Origin: Pseudidiomarina andamanensis
Lineage (GTDB): Bacteria; Pseudomonadota; Gammaproteobacteria; Enterobacterales; Alteromonadaceae
Reading direction: 5' to 3'
Length of the DNA stretch: 32,000 bases
Assembly: GCF_009734345.1 (NCBI RefSeq)
Contig: NZ_CP032551.1
Location: forward strand, 2,010,001 to 2,042,000
Below are positions 1-9,854 of the stretch, piece by piece. The first letter of the stretch is position 1. The number at the start of each line of letters is the position of its first letter. The position numbers and the translations under genes were made by a program. The notes under the pieces are model-generated. The model searched no databases, had not been told where the DNA came from, and saw nothing but the letters and a program-made list of their open reading frames with translations.

Positions 1-925
1 TCGGCAGCAAAATGACCGCGCCAACTAACAAGAACGCCAAGCTATTATCTGGTGCCGCAGCTTCCCAGAGGGTGATTTGAAATGGGATTAAATAAGGGAA
101 AATACTTACGGCAAACCCAATAAAGGCAATCAGGAATACACCAAGCGCCCATAAATAAGGGCGGCCTTCTTGTTGTTTGGTGAGTGAGTTGAGCAATCCG
201 CCGCCAATGACAGCCAAGGCAAACGGCACCAACCACAGCCCAGCTGAGCCAGGCCAAGAAAGCCAGCGTTCTGCCACGTTTTCAAATGACGACACCAAAT
301 AAATACTCACGCCAGCAATGGCAAGAATTAATAAGATGGCACTGTTACGACCGTAGTTATAGGCACGCGCTTGTAATGGGCCGTCGGTTTTCATCACTAA
401 CCAAGTTGCGCCCAACAGCGCGTATCCCACACAAACCGCAATGCCCGCAAAGAGAGTGAACGGGCTAAGCCAATCAAACCAGCCGCCCGCATAGGCGCGG
501 TCGGTTACCGCAATACCTTGCAACATAGCGCCGAGCATGATGCCTTGGCTTAACGCCGCCACCATAGAGCCGAGCATGAAGGCGCGATCCCACCAATGTT
601 TGTTGGCTTTACTCTTAAAGCGGAACTCAAATGCTACGCCGCGGAATATCAGCCCCAATAACATCGCAATCACAGGCATGTAGAGCGCTGGCATTAATAC
701 CGAATAGGCTAAAGGGAAGACGGCAAGCAAACCACCACCGCCAAGCACCAACCAGGTTTCATTGCCATCCCAAACGGGGGCAACGCTGTTGACCATGCGG
801 TCACGATATCTTTCTTCTCGTATCCATGGAAACAAAATTCCCATACCTAAATCGAAGCCATCGAGTGCGACATAGGCGAACACAGCAATAGCAATAAGAG
901 CAGCCCAAATGAGTGCATAATCCAT
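1..925 (-). CDS. cydB: cytochrome bd-type ubiquinol oxidase subunit II (5' part; 3' end runs off the window)
   Basis: Absent from the ORF track because it is open at the window edge. The reverse complement from ATG (925-923) reads MDYALIWAALIAIAVFAYVALDGFDLGMGILFPW... and later ...APVWDGNETWLV..., as in CydB. The start lies 4 nt after the cydA stop, the classic cydAB arrangement. Confidence 0.9.
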   Translation of the reverse strand, partial: MDYALIWAALIAIAVFAYVALDGFDLGMGILFPWIREERYRDRMVNSVAPVWDGNETWLVLGGGGLLAVFPLAYSVLMPALYMPVIAMLLGLIFRGVAFEFRFKSKANKHWWDRAFMLGSMVAALSQGIMLGAMLQGIAVTDRAYAGGWFDWLSPFTLFAGIAVCVGYALLGATWLVMKTDGPLQARAYNYGRNSAILLILAIAGVSIYLVSSFENVAERWLSWPGSAGLWLVPFALAVIGGGLLNSLTKQQEGRPYLWALGVFLIAFIGFAVSIFPYLIPFQITLWEAAAPDNSLAFLLVGAVILLP

Positions 926-928
926 GGC

Positions 929-2323
929 TTAGTCCTCCTCGTGATACAGGCGCTCGGCGGCCATTGGCACGCGCGCGTATTCGGGAATATCGGTATGTTC
1001 AGGGCGACCTGCCATTTTCCGTATGATGTACACTGTGCCTGCGCCGAACACTAAAAAATACACCACAATAAAGGCAATTAAGCTGGCACCAACACCAACG
1101 GCATCAATGGGTGAAGCCGCATCACTCGTGCGTAGCAAACCATAAATCACCCAAGGCTGACGACCAACTTCGGTCACAATCCATCCTGCGATCACTGCGA
1201 CGAATCCAAGTGGTCCCATCAATAGAGCGGCACGATGAATGGTGCGCGATTCATAAAGTTGGTTGCGTAGTCGTAAATACCCCGACCATAAGCCAATAAG
1301 CACCATCAGCACGCCAATGCCAACCATGATTCGAAACGACCAAAATACAATTGGAACTGGGGGCCATTCGTCGCGTGGAAAAGCGTCTAAACCAGTCACC
1401 GTGGCATCAATGTCGTGCTTCAATATCAAGCTGGCGAGACCGGGGATCTTAATCGCGTAATCCACTTCAGCGGTTTCTTCGTTTGGCAAGCCAAATAAAT
1501 ACAGCGGCGCTTGAGCCTCAGACTTGAAGTGACCTTCCATGGCTGCAACTTTCGCTGGCTGATGTTCTTGAGTGTTTAAACCGTGTAGATCACCAACAAA
1601 GACTTGTAATGGGGCAACAATCAGCGCCATCCACATTGCCATGGAGAACATTTTACGCGCCGCTTGTGAGCTCTTGTCTTTTAACAAATGCCAAGCGCCG
1701 ACAGCGCCCACCACAAACGCAGTGGTTAAGTAAGCAGCTAGTAACATGTGCGCGAGTCGATACGGAAACGACGGATTAAATATCGCTTCAAGCCAGCTCG
1801 TTACAACGTACTGACCTTGTTCATTCATGGTGAAACCGGCAGGCGTTTGCATCCAGCTATTGACCGATAAAATCCAGAAGGCACTGATAGCGGTACCCAC
1901 TGCAACCATCAGCGTCGCAAAGTAGTGTAAGCGCTCACCAACCTTGTTCATCCCGAATAACATGACGCCCAGGAATCCCGCTTCTAAGAAAAAGGCGGTT
2001 AGAACTTCATAGCCCATCAGCGGGCCAATAACTGGGCCAGCTTTATCGGAAAACACCGACCAGTTGGTTCCGAACTGATAGCTCATCACAATACCGGAGA
2101 CCACACCCATACCAAATGCGACAGCAAAGATTTTCAGCCAGTAACGATAAAGCTTTTGGTACACTGGATTGCGAGTTTTTAGAAATAAGCCTTCAAGTAC
2201 TGCCAAATAGCTGGCTAAACCAATGGTGAAGGCAGGGAAGATAATGTGAAAGGCAATGGTGAATGCGAATTGAAACCGAGCAAGCAATACCGCATCTGCC
2301 TGTGAGAACCAACTTTCGAACAT
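929..2323 (-). CDS. cydA: cytochrome bd-type ubiquinol oxidase subunit I (short Q-loop, CIO-like length)
   Basis: 464-aa ORF. The N-terminus ...LLARFQFAFTIAFHIIFPAFTIGLASYL... and multiple TM segments are typical of CydA/CioA. It sits immediately upstream of cydB. Confidence 0.93.
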   Translation of the reverse strand: MFESWFSQADAVLLARFQFAFTIAFHIIFPAFTIGLASYLAVLEGLFLKTRNPVYQKLYRYWLKIFAVAFGMGVVSGIVMSYQFGTNWSVFSDKAGPVIGPLMGYEVLTAFFLEAGFLGVMLFGMNKVGERLHYFATLMVAVGTAISAFWILSVNSWMQTPAGFTMNEQGQYVVTSWLEAIFNPSFPYRLAHMLLAAYLTTAFVVGAVGAWHLLKDKSSQAARKMFSMAMWMALIVAPLQVFVGDLHGLNTQEHQPAKVAAMEGHFKSEAQAPLYLFGLPNEETAEVDYAIKIPGLASLILKHDIDATVTGLDAFPRDEWPPVPIVFWSFRIMVGIGVLMVLIGLWSGYLRLRNQLYESRTIHRAALLMGPLGFVAVIAGWIVTEVGRQPWVIYGLLRTSDAASPIDAVGVGASLIAFIVVYFLVFGAGTVYIIRKMAGRPEHTDIPEYARVPMAAERLYHEED

Positions 2324-2472
2324 CGTTCACCTCGTGGGTAGTATGTACCTTAGTCGAGATGAGTATAGGCGCTATTTTAGTGTGTTACGAACAATTAGCC
2401 TCCTGTAAGCAAGACAATAACTAATCATGCCCATACAAAATGTATGGCAAGGCGAGAACACGAGTATTTAAC

Positions 2473-2892
2473 ATGTATGTGACCCTTTTTGTTGCCGCAT
2501 TATTATCCGCCACACTATTGCCTGGCTCATCGGAAGTTTTGCTGGCGACGCTACAAACGCAAGGTTATGCGGTGGGTTCGTTATGGTTAGTGGCAACGCT
2601 TGGCAATACGTTGGGTTCATGCGTGAACTACGCGCTCGGCCGTTATGCATTGCATTGGCAACATCACCGTTGGTTTCCGGTATCACCGACGCAATTAGAG
2701 AAAGGGCAGGCGTGGTTCGGGCGCTATGGGAAATGGAGTTTGCTACTAGCTTGGTTGCCTGTGGTTGGTGATCCTATCACCCTATTTGCGGGTATCATGC
2801 GGCTTCACCTCGGCGTATTTCTTATTCTCACTGCCATCGGTAAAGCCGCACGTTATGCGGTTATTCTTGGACTATTGCTCAGTATCAGCTGA
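2473..2892 (+). CDS. yqaA: YqaA-family (DedA/SNARE-associated type) inner membrane protein
   Basis: MYVTLFVAALLSATLLPGSSEVLLATL... and ...LLAWLPVVGDPITLFAG... resemble E. coli YqaA. The ORF track starts at 2440, but the internal ATG at 2473 gives the YqaA-like N-terminus and length (139 aa). Confidence 0.8.
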   Translation: MYVTLFVAALLSATLLPGSSEVLLATLQTQGYAVGSLWLVATLGNTLGSCVNYALGRYALHWQHHRWFPVSPTQLEKGQAWFGRYGKWSLLLAWLPVVGDPITLFAGIMRLHLGVFLILTAIGKAARYAVILGLLLSIS

Positions 2893-4254
2893 TGCGGTAT
2901 AAGCCTTTGCAATGTCTGCTAGACGCGCATCAATGGTGGCGCGATCGAGCCATTGCCCCGCAACCATTACCCCTGCATTTTTAGCTAGCGTATCTGGTGT
3001 GATTAGTGGGTTCTCATTGAGCAAGATGAAATCTGCGCGTTGACCTTCAGCAATCGCTCCGAATTTATCTTTGCTCGCAAAATATTCACCCGCCGCAACC
3101 GTCGCGCTGTGTAATATGCCGGCTGTCGGAATGCCAGCGTCACGCAACATGCGAATTTCATGCATGGCTGAGAATCCTGGAACACTGAACAATTGCGGAG
3201 CGTCGGTACCAAAAATCATGGGTACACCACCGTCATATAACGCTTTGATGAGGCGCTGGCGGTTTTGCTGCTGCACCATGGCATTGTCTTGATTGAAGTA
3301 ACCCAGCGTTGGCTCGGTTAGATAACTAAACCAACCGTCACGAACTTGCTGTGGTACATATTTAATTTCTGGATACGTCTTTAAAGCCTCTTTATCCGCC
3401 GCGCCGATAATGGTTGCCCACAGTGCTTGAGTTGGCACCACCGCGACGTTGTGGCGCAGTGAGAGGGCTACTAAATAATCGATCTCATATTTTGATGCGG
3501 CTCGATTGGTTGCATCAATAGCTTCAAGATAACCGTCAAGGTGGTCAATTGTGCGTTGACCAGCTTTTAAGGCTTCTTCTAAACCCACATCAGTCGGCAC
3601 ATGACCACCGAATTCCATGTTCGCATCACGCGCCGTTTTTGCCATGGCTTGGTATTCGGCCAGCGTTAATCCTGGATGCACTTTGAGTAAATCCCAGCCT
3701 TCATCGCGTTGATCAATGACGCGCTGTGTTGCCTGCTTTGGTGATTCAATGCTATTGCCGTTGAAGCTAGGGCCCGCTAAATAAAGTGTTGGGCCAATAC
3801 GTTTGCCGTCGGCAATATCTTGTTTTAATTGCAGTTGATGCGGGTAACCGAGCATGCCGCGAACGGTCGTTACACCGTTGGCAACATACATAAACAGCAC
3901 ATCATCAAGGTAGCGGTCCGGATATTGACCGAAGCCACTCGCTGGCGGCACATGCCCATGCATTTCTGCTAAGCCGGCGAGCAAATACTTCCCCGTACCG
4001 TCAATATGTTGGTAATTTTCTGGCACCGACAAGCTTGCGGTATCACCAACGGCGGTAATACGGTCGCCTTCAACCAGAATCGTTTGATTGTTGCGCACCG
4101 AACCATCTGTGCGAGTCAGTTCAACAACATTGACCCCGTGAACGGCATAACCACTTGGCTTAACTGCTTGCGGAGCCAATTCTGCCTGAGGTTGGCAGGC
4201 ACTAACGCCGGCTAACAACAGCAGTGTGAAAGCACGAATAATGTAACGTTGCAT
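2872..4254 (-). CDS. secreted/lipoprotein amidohydrolase-family metallohydrolase
   Basis: 460 aa. Signal peptide with lipobox (LLLAGVSAC). HxH metal motif (AEMHGHVP) and C-terminal ...FGTDAP... and ...ADFILL... motifs typical of the amidohydrolase superfamily. Substrate unknown. Confidence 0.8.
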   Translation of the reverse strand: MQRYIIRAFTLLLLAGVSACQPQAELAPQAVKPSGYAVHGVNVVELTRTDGSVRNNQTILVEGDRITAVGDTASLSVPENYQHIDGTGKYLLAGLAEMHGHVPPASGFGQYPDRYLDDVLFMYVANGVTTVRGMLGYPHQLQLKQDIADGKRIGPTLYLAGPSFNGNSIESPKQATQRVIDQRDEGWDLLKVHPGLTLAEYQAMAKTARDANMEFGGHVPTDVGLEEALKAGQRTIDHLDGYLEAIDATNRAASKYEIDYLVALSLRHNVAVVPTQALWATIIGAADKEALKTYPEIKYVPQQVRDGWFSYLTEPTLGYFNQDNAMVQQQNRQRLIKALYDGGVPMIFGTDAPQLFSVPGFSAMHEIRMLRDAGIPTAGILHSATVAAGEYFASKDKFGAIAEGQRADFILLNENPLITPDTLAKNAGVMVAGQWLDRATIDARLADIAKAYTASADTEQ

Positions 4255-4427
4255 ACGAGGTTACCTTTTCTTAAGAAAGTAGAATGTAGTGTAGTCAAAA
4301 CCTGTCAATGCGCAGGCGTTGTTTATCGCATGAACAAATAAGCTAATCGGATTTATACTCGCATCCGCGCCAAAATGCTTTAGTCTGAACTCAATAAATT
4401 CAATAGAACAACGATAAAGGATCAACC

Positions 4428-6503
4428 ATGCGACAATTTATAATTCCTATGGTGCTGGGTTTATCAGCATTAACCACGCAACTAATGGTTGCGCCAGCAA
4501 CCGCGCAAGAAGCCGCAAAAACCCTTCAAGCGGAAGATATTTTTGCGTTGGAGTGGGCGAATGATGTGCAGATTTCGCCAAACGGCCGCTACGTGGTATA
4601 CGTGCGCCACGGCTTTGACATCATGAAGGACAACACCAAGCGCGCGCTATGGTTGGTGGATACCGAAACTGGTTCGCATACGCCACTGTTTGATGATCAG
4701 CATTCCTACAGTAATCCAAGCTGGTCTCCAGATGGTTCAAAATTAGCGTTTAGCTCAAATCGAGATGGTCGCAATCAGATTCATGTGTATTACATGGCAA
4801 CAAAAACCTCAAGCGCGATTACTGAAGTTACCGAAAGCCCCCGTCAATTTTCATGGTCTCCAGATAGCAAGCACTTGGCATTCTTGATGAACGTTGCAGC
4901 CGAGAAAACCGAATACGCAAAAGCGGTTAAAAAACCGAAAGCGCCAAAAGGTGCGAAGTGGGCGAAGCCACCAGTCATTGTGGAGCGCACGTACTATCAA
5001 CGTGACGGTGCCGGTGTACTTCCTGATACCTATAGTCAAATTTTCGTGGTGCCAAGTGATGGCGGTTCAGCGCGTCAACTAACCAGCGGTGATTTTAGTC
5101 ACAACGGGCCGTTAGCTTGGGTAGATGGCGGTAAAGCACTTGTCTTTAGTGCCAATCGTAACGACGACTGGGAATACCAAGTCAACGAATCTGATTTGTG
5201 GAAAGTTGCCGTGCAAGATGGCGCTTTGACCCAAGTGACCGATATGCCAGGACGTGAATGGTCGCCAGTCACTTCACCAAATGGTGAGCAACTGGCATTT
5301 TTGCATCGTGGCAATGAAGCCATTCCATATCACAATGCTAAGTTGCGGATTATGGATCTTGACGATAACGACCAGCGTGAACTGCTCAGCGACTTTGATC
5401 GCTCAGTTGATAGCCCGCAGTGGATCAGCAATGACCGCTTAGCCATTCAATATGCCGATCGTGGTCGTTACAAGCTCGCTGAAGTTCGTTTTAATGGCAA
5501 CAGAAATGAGTGGGTGGATGACGTTGGTGGTGTTTCGGTCAGTCGTCCATACATGAGCGGGATGTTCTCTGTTGCCGCAGGTGGTGACAAAATTGCCTAC
5601 ACGCGCGGTTCAAGCTATCGCCCAGCAGATGTCGCGGTGTTTGATATTCCACGTCGCGGCGCGGCCAAACCACAAAGCTTTACGGCGTTGAACGACGATG
5701 TACTCGGCCATCGCAAGCTGGGTAAAGTGAATGAGTTCACCTACAACTCAAGTTATGACGATACTGAAATTCATGGTTGGTACATCACGCCACCAGACTA
5801 CGATCCGAATAAAAAATATCCGCTGTTGTTAGAAATTCATGGCGGTCCACACTTAGCTTACAGCCCGATGTTTGCTGCCGAGCAACAACGCTATGCTGCA
5901 GAAGGCTATATTGTGTTCTACAACAACTACCGTGGCAGCACGTCGTACGGTGCAGAGCATGCACTGAAGCTCGACGGATTTTATTCATCAGAGCGCGATC
6001 ACGCAGACCATATGTCAGGCATTGATGTGTTAATTGATAAGGGCATGGTTGATCCAAATAACCTGTTTATTGCCGGTGGTTCAGCAGGTGGTATCGCAAC
6101 TGCTTATGCGGTTGGCTTGACGGATCGTTTCAATGCTGCAGCGGCAACGAACCCGGTGATTAACTGGATTAGTAAGACGCTGACCGCAGATAGTTACTTA
6201 GGCCAAATCACCAATCAGTTTCCAGCAATGCCGTGGGAAGACTACGCGCACTATTGGAAGCGTTCGCCGCTATCTATGGTGGGTAAAGTCAATACGCCAG
6301 TGATGCTGTTTAGTGGTGAAAATGATCGTCGCGTACCGATGTCTGAAATTGAGCAGTTCTATCAAGCATTGCAGTTACGCAAAGTAGATACCGCGATGGT
6401 ACGTGTTCCGGATGCATCGCACGGGGTAACCGCGCGTCCATCAAACATGATTGCGAAAATTGAGCACACGCTGGCGTGGTTTAAGCTTTATCACAAGAAA
6501 TAA
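4428..6503 (+). CDS. S9-family serine peptidase (prolyl oligopeptidase / acylaminoacyl-peptidase type) with N-terminal beta-propeller
   Basis: 691 aa with a signal peptide. Repeated SWSPDG/SWSPDS(K)LAF propeller motifs. Catalytic GGSAGG serine motif, ENDRRVP Asp region and ASHGV His region. Confidence 0.9.
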   Translation: MRQFIIPMVLGLSALTTQLMVAPATAQEAAKTLQAEDIFALEWANDVQISPNGRYVVYVRHGFDIMKDNTKRALWLVDTETGSHTPLFDDQHSYSNPSWSPDGSKLAFSSNRDGRNQIHVYYMATKTSSAITEVTESPRQFSWSPDSKHLAFLMNVAAEKTEYAKAVKKPKAPKGAKWAKPPVIVERTYYQRDGAGVLPDTYSQIFVVPSDGGSARQLTSGDFSHNGPLAWVDGGKALVFSANRNDDWEYQVNESDLWKVAVQDGALTQVTDMPGREWSPVTSPNGEQLAFLHRGNEAIPYHNAKLRIMDLDDNDQRELLSDFDRSVDSPQWISNDRLAIQYADRGRYKLAEVRFNGNRNEWVDDVGGVSVSRPYMSGMFSVAAGGDKIAYTRGSSYRPADVAVFDIPRRGAAKPQSFTALNDDVLGHRKLGKVNEFTYNSSYDDTEIHGWYITPPDYDPNKKYPLLLEIHGGPHLAYSPMFAAEQQRYAAEGYIVFYNNYRGSTSYGAEHALKLDGFYSSERDHADHMSGIDVLIDKGMVDPNNLFIAGGSAGGIATAYAVGLTDRFNAAAATNPVINWISKTLTADSYLGQITNQFPAMPWEDYAHYWKRSPLSMVGKVNTPVMLFSGENDRRVPMSEIEQFYQALQLRKVDTAMVRVPDASHGVTARPSNMIAKIEHTLAWFKLYHKK

Positions 6504-6530
6504 ACTTCACAGTAACGTGTGAACATCATG

Positions 6531-6574
6531 GTTGCGACATTGTATTTTTTGATATGATGTCGCAACTTTTTTTT
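6531..6574 (+). terminator. rho-independent terminator after the S9 peptidase gene
   Basis: Perfect 10-bp stem: gttgcgacat (6531-6540) pairs with atgtcgcaac (6557-6566). It is followed by T8 (6567-6574). Confidence 0.85.
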
Positions 6575-6601
6575 GTGATTCATTAAGTGACGGGGCAGAG
6601 C

Positions 6602-7102
6602 ATGGAACGATTCATTGAGAACCTAATGTACAGTTTGCGTTGGTTATTGGCGCCAATTTATTTGGGTTTGAGTCTCGCGGTGTTACTTCTTGGTGTGAAA
6701 TTCTTCCAAGAATTGGTGCATGTATTTCCCAACATTCTTGAAATCAAAGAAGTCGATCTTATCCTCCTGACCCTGACGCTCATTGATATTGCATTAGTCG
6801 GTGGATTGCTGGTGATGGTGATGTTAAGCGGTTACGAAAACTTTGTCTCCACGCTGAACATCAACAACGACACAGAGAAGCTTTCGTGGTTAGGCAAAAT
6901 TGATTCAGGTGGTTTGAAGAACAAAGTGGCGGCTTCAATCGTCGCAATTTCATCTATTCACTTGCTAAAAATATTTATGAATGCGCAAAACATCGACCAC
7001 GAAACAATCAAATGGTACGTGATTATTCACCTAACGTTTGTTGGTTCGGCGTTTGCGATGGGCTACTTAGACAAAGTAACCCGTAAACAAGGTGATTTTT
7101 AA
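6602..7102 (+). CDS. yqhA: UPF0114 family membrane protein YqhA
   Basis: [26 protein letters not shown]...GYENFVS...[15 protein letters not shown]... is near-colinear with E. coli YqhA. The ATG at 6602 is preferred over the track start at 6587. Confidence 0.9.
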   Translation: MERFIENLMYSLRWLLAPIYLGLSLAVLLLGVKFFQELVHVFPNILEIKEVDLILLTLTLIDIALVGGLLVMVMLSGYENFVSTLNINNDTEKLSWLGKIDSGGLKNKVAASIVAISSIHLLKIFMNAQNIDHETIKWYVIIHLTFVGSAFAMGYLDKVTRKQGDF

Positions 7103-8208
7103 CGACTGTTTCGCGGCACGCGCGCTGATACATTGGTGAGTAAATCGTAGCTAATGGTACCAGCGTGTTTTGCCACCCGCGCAACACTCAAGTTCGGTCC
7201 CCATAATTCCGCTTCATCGCCTACGACAATTTCTGCAAAGTCGGTGACATCAACGGTAATCATATCCATGGAAACCGTGCCGGCAAGCGGTACTTCATGG
7301 CCACAAATCACGACCGGCGTGCCGTTTTTCGCATGGCGTGGATAGCCATCGGCGTAACCAATCGCAATTGTGGCGATACGGCTAGGGCGTTCGGCTTTCC
7401 AGGTACCGCCATAACCAACCGTGTCACCTTTGGCGACTTCACGAATGGCAATAACTGGCGCAATCAGGCGCATCACCGGTTTTAACGGTTCTGGTAGTGG
7501 CAGTGCTTTCTCTACTGGGTTATCGCCATACAGCAAAATGCCCGTGCGTATCCAGTGGCCGTTGTGCTGCGACATATCAATCGCTGAACTCACCAGCGCT
7601 GCCGAGGTCGCAAGGCTCATATCTAATTTTGATTCAGTTTGAGCGCAGACATCTTCAAACAGCTCTAACTGCTTGTCGTTTAATGGGTGTGCTTGCTTTT
7701 CTGCGTTGGCAAAATGTGACATTAACGTCACGCTACCCACTTGTGGCGAAGCTTTTAATTCATCGTTAACGCGTTGGATGTCAGCTGGCGCCCAGCCTAA
7801 TCGATGCATGCCGGTATCAACCTTGAGCCACACTGACAATGGACGAACAAGGCGTGCCATTAAAATGGCATCGAGTTGCTGCTGTTGATGCACCACGGGT
7901 TGGAAATTGTAGTGCGCACAAACCGGTAGTTCAGCTTCACTGAAACAACCTTCAAGCAGCACAATAGGGTGTTGGAATCCTGCGTTTCGGATCACAATGG
8001 CCTCGTCAATAAAGGCGACCGCAAAAGCATCCACGTGCTCGCTGATTGCTTCAGCAACCGTAAGAACACCATGTCCGTAGCCATCAGCTTTCACTACACC
8101 TAATAAGCGTGCTTGGCCAGCTAACTGGCGCGCAATACGGGCATTATGATGTAAAGCATCGCGATCGATTTCAGCGCGAGTAGGGCGAAAGTGCACACCA
8201 TTAGTCAT
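7099..8208 (-). CDS. alr: alanine racemase
   Basis: 369 aa with a PLP-lysine motif [10 protein letters not shown] near the N-terminus. Length and C-terminal beta-domain motifs (…GYADGYPR…, …VSMDMITVD…) are typical of Alr/DadX. Confidence 0.92.
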   Translation of the reverse strand: MTNGVHFRPTRAEIDRDALHHNARIARQLAGQARLLGVVKADGYGHGVLTVAEAISEHVDAFAVAFIDEAIVIRNAGFQHPIVLLEGCFSEAELPVCAHYNFQPVVHQQQQLDAILMARLVRPLSVWLKVDTGMHRLGWAPADIQRVNDELKASPQVGSVTLMSHFANAEKQAHPLNDKQLELFEDVCAQTESKLDMSLATSAALVSSAIDMSQHNGHWIRTGILLYGDNPVEKALPLPEPLKPVMRLIAPVIAIREVAKGDTVGYGGTWKAERPSRIATIAIGYADGYPRHAKNGTPVVICGHEVPLAGTVSMDMITVDVTDFAEIVVGDEAELWGPNLSVARVAKHAGTISYDLLTNVSARVPRNSR

Positions 8209-8272
8209 ATTGTGCCCCTAGTTTTGTCGCGATGAGCTCAATCACGCAGTGATACAACATAGAACAGCTTCC

Positions 8273-9646
8273 TTAAATCATCATCAAGCTAGCAATAACA
8301 TATAAAATCAGTGTGGCAGCACCCGCGGTTAACGCATAAGGCAGTTGCGTGCGCACGTGCTCGAGTAGGTCGCACCCAGAAGCCAAAGCTGATACTGCCG
8401 TGGTATCTGAAATTGGTGAACAATGGTCACCAAATACACCACCACCTAATACGGCAGCCAATAGCAGCGGTGCTGGCAAATCAAGCGCGATAATCATTGG
8501 CGCCGCAATAGGAATCAAAATTGCAAAAGTTCCCCACGACGTGCCGGTGGTAAACGATATCAGAGCCCCAGTTAAGAATAGCATCGGCGCAATTAAGTAA
8601 AGCGGTAGGAAGTCACCGACTAAGTTTGCCAAAAAGATGCCGGTACCTAACTCACGCAGGCTGCTACCAAGAGCCAATGAGAGCAGAACGATACTGACTA
8701 GAGGCAATAACTCGCTCATGCCCTTAAAGCCGATATCAACCAGTTGTTGATGACTATTGCGTCGGCTAACCAACAACATGATATACGCCACCACACACGC
8801 CAGCGCCGTTGCATAAAGAACCGATTTTGAGCCGTCGCCTTGGGTAATATCGCCGCCACCGGTGCCAAACATAAAGGCAACCATGCCAAATACCATGACC
8901 GCTAGCGGCACCAACATGTAGCGCGCTTTACTGTCACTTGGGACATGTTCTGGAATATCTTGATGCGGTTGCGGTTGCTGCTCAACGGTGCGCATTGGCC
9001 CGTATACTTTGCCCGAAAAAGCCGTATAAAACACGATGCTCAGTGTAACGAGCGCGTAAAAGTTATAAGGAATGGTAGCCCAAAGCGTGCTGACCGATGA
9101 ACCAGGCAAACCCTGTTGTTCAATCATGCCAAGCACGTAGGCACCCCATCCGTTCAGTAATATCAAAATACACACTGGGGCGCTGGTGCTATCAATTAGG
9201 TACGCTAGGCGTGCGCGGCTCATGCCAAGTTTTTCAAACAACCCACGTGACAAAATACCTGCCGTAAGCACACTCAAATTGGACTCAATAAATACAAAAA
9301 CACCGGTAAACACGGTCATTAAACTGGCGCTGCGCTTGGTTTTACCCAAACCGCGCGCAAGTAATGTTTCTACCGTTGCCGCAACACCACCGGATTCGCG
9401 GATGTAGGCGAGTAGCGCACCTACCATCAAACTAAAAACCAAAATGCGGGTGTTACTGGCCGAACCGAAAACGGCAACAATGCGTTCAATGGTCGCGGTA
9501 AAGGCCAGTAAAATTGACTCGCCACTTTGCACAGTCAGTAGCAATTCAGACGTCATAATGGCGAGTAGTAGTGCGACAATGACTTCTTTTCGCCAAAACA
9601 CCACCAAAATGGCGACAAGTGGTGGTAAAACAGACATCCAACTCAT
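8273..9646 (-). CDS. NhaC-family Na+/H+ antiporter-like transporter
   Basis: 457-aa polytopic membrane protein. The overall pattern (…FGDHCSPISDTT…) is characteristic of the NhaC family. Confidence 0.8.
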   Translation of the reverse strand: MSWMSVLPPLVAILVVFWRKEVIVALLLAIMTSELLLTVQSGESILLAFTATIERIVAVFGSASNTRILVFSLMVGALLAYIRESGGVAATVETLLARGLGKTKRSASLMTVFTGVFVFIESNLSVLTAGILSRGLFEKLGMSRARLAYLIDSTSAPVCILILLNGWGAYVLGMIEQQGLPGSSVSTLWATIPYNFYALVTLSIVFYTAFSGKVYGPMRTVEQQPQPHQDIPEHVPSDSKARYMLVPLAVMVFGMVAFMFGTGGGDITQGDGSKSVLYATALACVVAYIMLLVSRRNSHQQLVDIGFKGMSELLPLVSIVLLSLALGSSLRELGTGIFLANLVGDFLPLYLIAPMLFLTGALISFTTGTSWGTFAILIPIAAPMIIALDLPAPLLLAAVLGGGVFGDHCSPISDTTAVSALASGCDLLEHVRTQLPYALTAGAATLILYVIASLMMI

Positions 9647-9786
9647 AGGAATGGCCTTTTGTTGTTATTGTTCGGCTTCAATGACAGCTTAGATAAAAGC
9701 TATTTGTTAATAGTGCCAAGGCTTCGTGATTTATGCAATTTCTACCCGTGAATTATGACATTGCGCAATAAAAACGACTAACGCTA

Positions 9787-9818
9787 TTGCAATTCAAATG
9801 CGAATCGTTATCATTAGC
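9787..9818 (+). promoter_or_regulatory. sigma70-like promoter overlapped by a Fur-box-like operator
   Basis: TTGCAA (9787-9792), 16 nt, TATCAT (9809-9814). The 19-mer gcgaatcgttatcattagc (9800-9818) matches the Fur consensus GATAATGATAATCATTATC at 13/19 positions (hand count). It lies 37 nt upstream of the TonB-dependent receptor start. Confidence 0.55.
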
Positions 9819-9854
9819 GAAATCATTTAGGTCGCTCTATTTTGGGGAGAAGTC

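Noticed and set aside
45-257. 70-aa minus-strand ORF from the ORF track
   Set aside because: It lies in a different frame inside the clearly CydB-like reading frame that runs from 925 to the window edge. The CydB frame explains the region.
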